Of a stretch of DNA of 29,773 nt, positions 23,703-29,773 are shown piece after piece. The DNA is taken from positions 1 to 29,773 of IMG/VR virus record IMGVR_UViG_3300002307_000171; one strand, 5' to 3'. The translations under genes and the position numbers were made by a program. Position 1 is the stretch's first letter, and every line of letters starts with the position of its first letter. The notes below the pieces were generated by a model. It was not told where the DNA came from. It saw only the letters and a list, made by a program, of their open reading frames with translations, and made no database searches. Source of the stretch: a virus. Taxonomy: Duplodnaviria > Caudoviricetes.

Positions 23703-23870
23703 ATGGACTCGTGGGGGCACCAAGTTCGCAGCTATGCCCCTGACCTTGGCTGGGTAAAGGACCTCCGCACGGGCCTCGAACGGATAGATGTCCCCGCGGT
23801 TCTCGACGGGGACATTGATGAATTCCTAATTGCGGCGACGATCAGGAGAGCGAATTGCGATGGCCGATAA
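23703..23870 (+). CDS. Mini-protein homologous to the C-terminal segment of peptide chain release factor 2
   Basis: WGHQVRSY...VKDLRTG...AVLDGDIDEFLIAA matches the RF2 C-terminal consensus WG.QIRSY...VKDLRTG...VLDGDLD.F; alternative in-frame start 23676. Confidence 0.8.
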   Translation: MDSWGHQVRSYAPDLGWVKDLRTGLERIDVPAVLDGDIDEFLIAATIRRANCDGR

Positions 23871-25479
23871 GGTACACGGTCCGGAAGGTCCCCCCAACTC
23901 TCCGAACGGGGACCTGGAAAGCGAGGGCAACTCCCGTCTCGCCGCCTGCCGAATCTGGAAGTCCCTGTGGGACCTCGACCTCCGCGAATGCTACTTCTTC
24001 GCCAGCCCCCAGCGACAGCGGCAAATCCAGTCCTACAACCAGCCCCCTCAGCAACGATTGCTCGACGCCGCCGAACTGAACACCGACTTCGCGATGGAGT
24101 TGACCGACGATTTCGCCACCGAAGTCATCAACACATACCTGCCGGAAGCAATCCCGTGGTGCGAGCGCGGCGCCGGAGAACTGACGACAGACGAAACGTG
24201 GAAAACCGTCAAGGATCGCGTTGCCGCGGCCGATGCCGGCGTGTTCAAGGCCATCAAGGCCAGCAATTTCTATCCCGAACTGTCGAAGGCGTTCGACCCC
24301 GACCTTGCGGTTGGCACCGTAGCCATGTGGGCCGAACGGCCTCACCCCGCATCCCCGATCGTGTGGTCCGCCATCCCGATCCGTGAGCTTGAAATCAATC
24401 TTGGCCCCTACGGCGAAATCGACGACCGCTTCGTCGTGCGCTACACCCGCAACTCCTACGTGCAAACGCTGCTCGGCAAGGAAATCTACGCCAAAGTCCC
24501 GGACGATCTGAAAGAGCTCCACGCCCAAAAGCCCGCAGACAGGAGCGAAATCCGATGGGGCTTCTGGCGCCTGTGGGATCGCCACGATGACGAATGCTGG
24601 CAGCATGTCGTCTACATCGGCAAGAAGCTGATCCACGCCGTAATCTTGAAAGGCACCGGAGTCTGTCCGCTGATCGTCATGCGCTGGGCGCCGAATCCCG
24701 ACTGGCCATGGGGGCACGGGCCGCTGCTCAAGGGCCTTCCGACGCTGCGGCAGATCGACGAATTCGAGCTTATGAGGGTGGAACATGCTGATCTGGCAGC
24801 TAGACCTCCAATCACCTATCCCAATGACAGCTTTGCACCCATTGAACAGGGACTCGAACCTGGCATGGCCTACCCCATCCGAGTTGGAGATCATGAGGCT
24901 GTTAAGCCTATATATATACCTCAGCCTTTTGATGCTGCCAATTACGCCTACGAGCAAAAAGAGCTCCGACTGAGGCGCATGTTCTATGTCGATTTTCCCC
25001 AGCAGACCGGTGACACCCCTCCGACGCTCGGCCAATGGCTTGATGAAATGGCCCGCGCCCAACGCCGTATTGGCCGACCTGGGCTGCCCTTCTGGCGGGA
25101 AGGGCCTGCTCAAATCTTCCTACGCGCCATGTATCTTCAAGAGCAGGCCGGTGCGATCGAAAAAATCACGGTAGACGGCAAGAACGTCGCCCTGATGCCC
25201 TACAATCCGACGCAGCGCGCGGCGGAGCAGCAGGACATCGCCATGCTGGTCCACGCGCTGCAGATCGCCGCGCAGTTCTTCCCCGAGGAGTTCAAGGTCC
25301 AGATCGACGGTTTGGAGACCATGAAGAAGATGTTCGACAAGATGCGTATCCGGTCCATGATCGAATTCCGCGACAAGGCGCACATCGCCGCCGCGGTAGA
25401 GCAAATCTCGAAGCTCGCCGGCGGCCAGCAGCCCGGCGCGCAGGGCGCGGGACAGGTCGCAGGAGGGCCACCGCAATGA
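23860..25479 (+). CDS. Portal (head-to-tail connector), T7 gp8/BPP-1 type
   Basis: About 540 aa; DLAVGT, G.ID..F, PLIVMRW....PWGHGP, LRRMFY motifs; AGGAG RBS. Confidence 0.88.
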   Translation: MADKVHGPEGPPNSPNGDLESEGNSRLAACRIWKSLWDLDLRECYFFASPQRQRQIQSYNQPPQQRLLDAAELNTDFAMELTDDFATEVINTYLPEAIPWCERGAGELTTDETWKTVKDRVAAADAGVFKAIKASNFYPELSKAFDPDLAVGTVAMWAERPHPASPIVWSAIPIRELEINLGPYGEIDDRFVVRYTRNSYVQTLLGKEIYAKVPDDLKELHAQKPADRSEIRWGFWRLWDRHDDECWQHVVYIGKKLIHAVILKGTGVCPLIVMRWAPNPDWPWGHGPLLKGLPTLRQIDEFELMRVEHADLAARPPITYPNDSFAPIEQGLEPGMAYPIRVGDHEAVKPIYIPQPFDAANYAYEQKELRLRRMFYVDFPQQTGDTPPTLGQWLDEMARAQRRIGRPGLPFWREGPAQIFLRAMYLQEQAGAIEKITVDGKNVALMPYNPTQRAAEQQDIAMLVHALQIAAQFFPEEFKVQIDGLETMKKMFDKMRIRSMIEFRDKAHIAAAVEQISKLAGGQQPGAQGAGQVAGGPPQ

Positions 25480-25844
25480 GCGCAGAGCAAGAGGAAATCG
25501 AAGCCATCGCCCGTTTGGCGCGATCCAATGACGGCCCCGTGATCCGACGCTACTTGCGCCGCATCCTCGAATACGTGCATCCGCCCGGTCTTACCGATGG
25601 CCACTTGCATGAGTTGAATGGTAGGCGTAATGTCGCACGCGACTTCATGACGCACATGGACAAAGGGTTGGAGATTCCGAATGCCGGAACCGGCAGTACA
25701 GACGACGCCATCCTCCGCGCCAGCGGGCGCCCAAACGTCGAGTCCGCCCCCCGCGGCATCAAGCGCCGGGTCTACGCAGACCCAAGTGTCGCAACCTACC
25801 TCCACGACCCCGACCGGTACGGCGACCCCTCCGACGCGGCCTGA
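25476..25844 (+). CDS. Bbp19-like post-portal protein
   Basis: S.DG..I.RYL...LNGRRNVA motif; ATGA coupling. Confidence 0.6.
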   Translation: MSAEQEEIEAIARLARSNDGPVIRRYLRRILEYVHPPGLTDGHLHELNGRRNVARDFMTHMDKGLEIPNAGTGSTDDAILRASGRPNVESAPRGIKRRVYADPSVATYLHDPDRYGDPSDAA

Positions 25845-26505
25845 TTGGGCGCCGGAAACATCCTGGAACGCCGAAAAGGGATTCGACCCGGACGCCTTCG
25901 GCAAGCACTATAACGAGTCGATCGCCCCGAAGCTTGCATCCTGGGCAGCAAACGAGGCGCGCAAGGCGCAGTTGCCGCAGAAGCCCGAAGACGTGCAGCT
26001 TGCGTTGCCGAAGGATTTCGCGCTGCCTCCGGGGGTGGAGTTCAAGTTCGACCCCGCCAAGCCGGAATATGCCAAATTCCGTGAGATTGCCGTCAAGCGC
26101 GGCCTCGACAACGACACTGTGACCGACCTGATGGGCGTCTACGCCGAAACGCTTGTCGGTCCCGAGGCGCAGATTCAGACAGCCGCCAAGGCCGAGCTCG
26201 ACAAGCTCGGCGCCAACGTCACTCCCCGGATCGACGCCATCAACACCTTCATGACGGCCATGGTTGGCCAGGATGGTGCCAAGGCCATCAGTAGCATGCT
26301 GGTCACCGCCAACATCGTCACCACGGTCGAGAAGCTGATGGCGAAGTTTGCCACTCAGGGCGCGGCCTCGTTCTCGCAGGCCCACCGCGAACCTCCCGGC
26401 CAGCCCGGAAGGCTTTCCGAGGAACAGCTTTCCAAGATGTCTGGGTACGAAAAGGCGCAGTACGCCAAGCAATTCGACCAGGCCCAATTCAGAAAGGCCG
26501 GGTGA
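25681..26505 (+). CDS. Capsid assembly scaffolding protein
   Basis: P/T/S-rich N-terminus, RPDWAPE, PQKPED..L, helical core; between portal and capsid. Confidence 0.75.
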   Translation: MPEPAVQTTPSSAPAGAQTSSPPPAASSAGSTQTQVSQPTSTTPTGTATPPTRPDWAPETSWNAEKGFDPDAFGKHYNESIAPKLASWAANEARKAQLPQKPEDVQLALPKDFALPPGVEFKFDPAKPEYAKFREIAVKRGLDNDTVTDLMGVYAETLVGPEAQIQTAAKAELDKLGANVTPRIDAINTFMTAMVGQDGAKAISSMLVTANIVTTVEKLMAKFATQGAASFSQAHREPPGQPGRLSEEQLSKMSGYEKAQYAKQFDQAQFRKAG

Positions 26506-26816
26506 TGAAAACGAACTTCGCTCAGTTCAACAATCCCAATCCGTCCCTCCCGCGCCGGGCCGATGATTCGAGCATGAAGGAAAGCGGTCAGGGCCGTGGG
26601 GGTGCATCCCCTCCGGGCCGCACGCTCTCCGGCAAGGTGATGGGCTCAATGTCCACTCCGGTTTCGTCCGCTCCCATGGGTGGCCTCGGTCAAAACAGCC
26701 GCCCGCCCGGTCTGGCGCTGAACACCGCCGCGCCTTGCCGCGAGGAATGGCTGGGCATGAACGGCCGCCGATCAACCGGAACCGGTACGGAACAAGGCAA
26801 GCCGTGGAGGGTATGA
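26502..26816 (+). CDS. Hypothetical low-complexity protein
   Basis: GTGATG coupling; G/S/P-rich. Confidence 0.55.
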   Translation: MMKTNFAQFNNPNPSLPRRADDSSMKESGQGRGGASPPGRTLSGKVMGSMSTPVSSAPMGGLGQNSRPPGLALNTAAPCREEWLGMNGRRSTGTGTEQGKPWRV

Positions 26817-26817
26817 C

Positions 26818-27039
26818 ATGGCGCTCCTAACCGTCACCATCAACAACGCATCGCCCTCCTTCGATCGCAAGTCGCAGGAGGTAACTTTCATTCAATATGC
26901 GCTGGACGAGTTGAAAAAGGAACTCGGGCGCGGCCAAGGTACGGTCACTAGTGGAACAATTGTCGGCACCAGCAACGCCGGCGTGGCCGGCACTGCGCTT
27001 GGAACGTGGACGTACACACCCGTAGGATCACTTCCGTAG
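26818..27039 (+). CDS. Hypothetical protein
   Basis: GGAGG RBS. Confidence 0.65.
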   Translation: MALLTVTINNASPSFDRKSQEVTFIQYALDELKKELGRGQGTVTSGTIVGTSNAGVAGTALGTWTYTPVGSLP

Positions 27040-27121
27040 GGGAAACCTGGCCCACACGCCCTTGGGCAAGGCAGCCATATCGCCGCTGTGAAGCGCCGAA
27101 TCCCTCTGATGGAGCCCGTCG

Positions 27122-28075
27122 ATGGCCGTCAACAACCTAATCACCCTTACGGAGTACGCGAAGGGCTTTGCGAACGAGGACGTGCGCCGTGGCGTCATCG
27201 AAATGTTCTGGCAGTACAGCGACGTGCTGGAGGCCCTGCCGTTCGAGTCCCTGAAGGGCTCCAAGTACACCGGCTATCGCGAGGCCGCGCTGCCGACCCC
27301 GGTGTTCCGCGCCATCAACGAAGCGTCGTCCACCGGACACGGCATCATCTCGCCGTTCGACGAGGCGACCTACATCATCGACCACGACATCGACATCGAT
27401 CGTGCAATCGAGGATCGCCACGGCCCCGAGCGGCGTAACTACGAAGAAAAGATGGGCATCACCGCGCTGGCCCGACTTTTCGTGGATACCTTCGTCAAGG
27501 GTGACCAGACGCAGAACCCGCGTCTGTTCAACGGTGTTCAGGTTCGCTCGGCCAAGTTCTCCCGGTTCTACACCAACTCGGCCGCTTCGGGCGGCGCCGC
27601 GTTGTCGCTGTTCAATCTCGACACCTTCATGAACAACATCAGCAAGGCGTCGGGCGAGACCTACATCATGGTCCCGTTCAACAGCCTGCCGCTGTGGATT
27701 CAGGCTGCGCGCACGCAGTCTCTGTCGGGCTTCGTGATGCAGACCTGGGACGAAGTCGGTATGCCCAAGATCAGCTATGCCGGGCATAAGCTGCTGTGGG
27801 GCTATCCCAAGGACAACCAAATCCCCGTCCTGCAGTTCAACGAGGTCGGCACCGGCGGCGGTTCGGCGGTGACTGCCTCGCTCTATGGCTTCACCTTCGG
27901 CGAGGGCATGCTGCGCGGCTTGCAGCTTCGCCCGCTCACCCCGGAAATGGTCGGTCTGTTGCAGGATCGCAAAACCTACCGCACCCACATTTCCTGGGAC
28001 CTCGGCTTGGTGGATGAGCATATCTTCTGCCTCGGCCGGCTTGGTTCCTGGACCTTCTCGCCGATCGTGGCCTGA
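27122..28075 (+). CDS. Major capsid protein (HK97 fold, BPP-1-like)
   Basis: TLTEYAK, VIEMF...VLEALPF, REAALP..FRAINE, F.KGD....FNG, GRLG motifs; strong codon bias. Confidence 0.88.
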   Translation: MAVNNLITLTEYAKGFANEDVRRGVIEMFWQYSDVLEALPFESLKGSKYTGYREAALPTPVFRAINEASSTGHGIISPFDEATYIIDHDIDIDRAIEDRHGPERRNYEEKMGITALARLFVDTFVKGDQTQNPRLFNGVQVRSAKFSRFYTNSAASGGAALSLFNLDTFMNNISKASGETYIMVPFNSLPLWIQAARTQSLSGFVMQTWDEVGMPKISYAGHKLLWGYPKDNQIPVLQFNEVGTGGGSAVTASLYGFTFGEGMLRGLQLRPLTPEMVGLLQDRKTYRTHISWDLGLVDEHIFCLGRLGSWTFSPIVA

Positions 28076-28090
28076 TTGGAGATCATGAAC

Positions 28091-28729
28091 ATGAAGCTAA
28101 TCACTCCGATCCGGCGCCTCGGCGATGGCGCCCCGGTTATGTCTCTCGGCAAGCGGCGAGGTGTCCGGCGCTGGGGCATCCCCATGCAGCCGCAGGGCGA
28201 TCGGTCCTTCGCGTTCGACATCAACAACATGGTGTCGGATGGCGCGGCTGCGTACACGGCAACCGGATGGGCTCAAGCCTTCGGTTCGCAGGGCCTTCTC
28301 GACCTGGGTGGCAATCAGGGTCAGGTGGTAACCCTGCCGTCCATCAACGTGGTCGGCACCTATACGGCGCAGCAGCAACGCATCGACGCGACCATGCTGA
28401 TTGAGGTCACGCAGATCACGCAAAGCGCGACCAATCTGTTCAAGCTGATCATCGTCGGCTCGAACTCGCCGGCCTTCACCGCCGCTGCATGGCTTGGTTC
28501 GATTGAGCTTGGCCTGGGCGCCTCGATGGACGGCTATAACGCCGCCGGACCGGCATTCTCGAATACCCCACTGACAACGCTCGGCCCTGCCGGCAACGTC
28601 TACGAGGTGCTGTTCACCAACGAGCAGTTGAACGTCAAGTACGAGTTCGTCTCGATCTACAACGTGATTTCCGGCACCACACCGTCGATTACGTATAAAG
28701 CCTACATGTGCGTCCTGCCGGAGCCTTGA
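28091..28729 (+). CDS. Putative capsid cement/decoration protein (Bbp16-like)
   Basis: Directly after MCP; beta-rich with LDLGG motif; start uncertain (28085/28091 or later). Confidence 0.55.
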   Translation: MKLITPIRRLGDGAPVMSLGKRRGVRRWGIPMQPQGDRSFAFDINNMVSDGAAAYTATGWAQAFGSQGLLDLGGNQGQVVTLPSINVVGTYTAQQQRIDATMLIEVTQITQSATNLFKLIIVGSNSPAFTAAAWLGSIELGLGASMDGYNAAGPAFSNTPLTTLGPAGNVYEVLFTNEQLNVKYEFVSIYNVISGTTPSITYKAYMCVLPEP

Positions 28730-28733
28730 GAAC

Positions 28734-29330
28734 ATGGCGAACTACAAGGACATGGAAGTCGATGTCCACAGCAACAAGATCGTGATCTGGGACCTCGGGC
28801 CGAAAAAGCCCGGCGCCCCACCCGCGCGCCCGCCCTTGCCGAAGGGTGAGCCGAACACGCCGGAATACGATCTTGCCAAGCTCGACTTCCAAGAGGTTCT
28901 GGAAAAGTACGAGGCCGACCTGCTTGCCTATCGTGCCCTCAAGAAAGAGCACGAGGAGTGGCACAAGCGCTGGGGCGGCCCATACGAAATCTACAACGTA
29001 TGGCACTGCGACGGGTACGAAATGCTGGCCCACGGCCGGTGCGGTAAATGCCTGTCATGCGTGCAGGCGCCGAAAAACGCCGCCGGCGGCTATGTCATTC
29101 GCGACCAGAACGGATTGCCTGCTCCGCTCCCGCCCTGCGAGTCCCCGCGCTATGTCGTGAGCGCGTCATCGCCTGGGCTCAAGCACCTGAAAAACCGCGG
29201 CCTGCCCGAAGGCGTCAAGCCGGGGCGCGGGCAGGACGAACAGATGAAACGGATTGCCGAGGGCAGGGAGATGTTCCTTCGCCAGCGGCAGCAAGACCCG
29301 GTATTCGGATCAGAGGAGATGCGCGCGTGA
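28734..29330 (+). CDS. Hypothetical protein (Pro-rich, Cys cluster)
   Basis: GGAG RBS; CGKCLSC. Confidence 0.65.
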   Translation: MANYKDMEVDVHSNKIVIWDLGPKKPGAPPARPPLPKGEPNTPEYDLAKLDFQEVLEKYEADLLAYRALKKEHEEWHKRWGGPYEIYNVWHCDGYEMLAHGRCGKCLSCVQAPKNAAGGYVIRDQNGLPAPLPPCESPRYVVSASSPGLKHLKNRGLPEGVKPGRGQDEQMKRIAEGREMFLRQRQQDPVFGSEEMRA

Positions 29331-29773
29331 AAAAGTTCCTTATCGGCCTCGCCGCCGGGATCGCGGCAGTCTTCGCCTCGACCGCGGCGTTTGCGTTCGG
29401 CACCGTCATGTGCGCCCCGGACGTTTCCGGCGCCCTGCAGGGTCCGCGGACGTTCTACAACACTACGATCGCCAACAGCACCCTGATCGGCCAGTCGGCG
29501 CAGAACCCGTATATCACCAATAGTTCGGGCTGCGTCTACATGTACCAGGCCGACGTGCCCTATGCGCTATCGCAGGGCTGGTCGGTTGGTTCGCAGACCG
29601 GCACGATCAGCTTCCTGACTGGCGTGCAGACTGGTGCTGTCAACCTACAGATGGGCACGCTGCCGGCGAACACGTATATCCAGGCGGTGATTGTCACCAA
29701 CCTGACGGCCAATGCCACGACCGCATCGATTATCGGCTCGGCCTCCGGCGGCGCGCAGATCGTCGCCTCCGTG
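29327..29773 (+). CDS. Signal-peptide-bearing beta-rich protein (3'-truncated by window edge)
   Basis: GAGGAG RBS; GTGA coupling; MKKFLIGLAAGIAAVFASTAAFA; frame open to window end. Confidence 0.7.
   Translation, partial: MKKFLIGLAAGIAAVFASTAAFAFGTVMCAPDVSGALQGPRTFYNTTIANSTLIGQSAQNPYITNSSGCVYMYQADVPYALSQGWSVGSQTGTISFLTGVQTGAVNLQMGTLPANTYIQAVIVTNLTANATTASIIGSASGGAQIVASV

Noticed and set aside
23703-23870. RF2 fragment as attP for integration into prfB
   Set aside because: No integrase in the window, it lies inside the head operon, and linker residues look diverged from typical RF2; disfavoured but not fully excluded without host comparison
20413-28021. Long antisense ORFs (20413-21447, 23842-25113, 25759-26487, 27137-28021)
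   Set aside because: Shadow frames of GC3-biased genes (terL, portal, scaffold, MCP) with no motifs or RBS
1-29773. Diversity-generating retroelement, considered because of BPP-1-like head genes
   Set aside because: No reverse transcriptase motif; the terL repeat mismatches are not restricted to adenines in one copy

Overview
The whole window is part of a GC-rich tailed dsDNA phage genome, most likely a podovirus of Alphaproteobacteria with a BPP-1/T7-type portal and an HK97-fold capsid. From left to right it contains: the end of a Gly-rich tail fibre; a lysis module (endolysin plus several membrane proteins); a leftward ERF recombination operon; a rightward operon (HNH-AP2, DUF1367/NinB-like, HNH, Cro-like, RusA, replication initiator and loader, many small ORFs, C5 DNA methyltransferase); a tRNA-like structured element; a leftward HNH-AP2 gene and early operon of small genes; a probable small terminase with a pac/terminus-like region; the large terminase; and the head genes (portal, scaffold, major capsid, cement). 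No integrase, CI-like repressor, reverse transcriptase or CRISPR array is visible. The main observations are: (1) at two sites in the packaging/head operon, alternative accessory cassettes are stacked in tandem with the same layout, [end of upstream gene]-x-[start of downstream gene][end of upstream gene]-y-[downstream gene]; (2) in both sites the second cassette carries an isolated domain of a core host protein (RNA polymerase alpha-CTD, and the C-terminal segment of release factor RF2); (3) a 108-nt tRNA-like element ending in CCA has an expanded anticodon domain; (4) a predicted pseudoknot overlaps the RBS of the replication initiator. All family assignments come from motif recognition by eye, not database searches.
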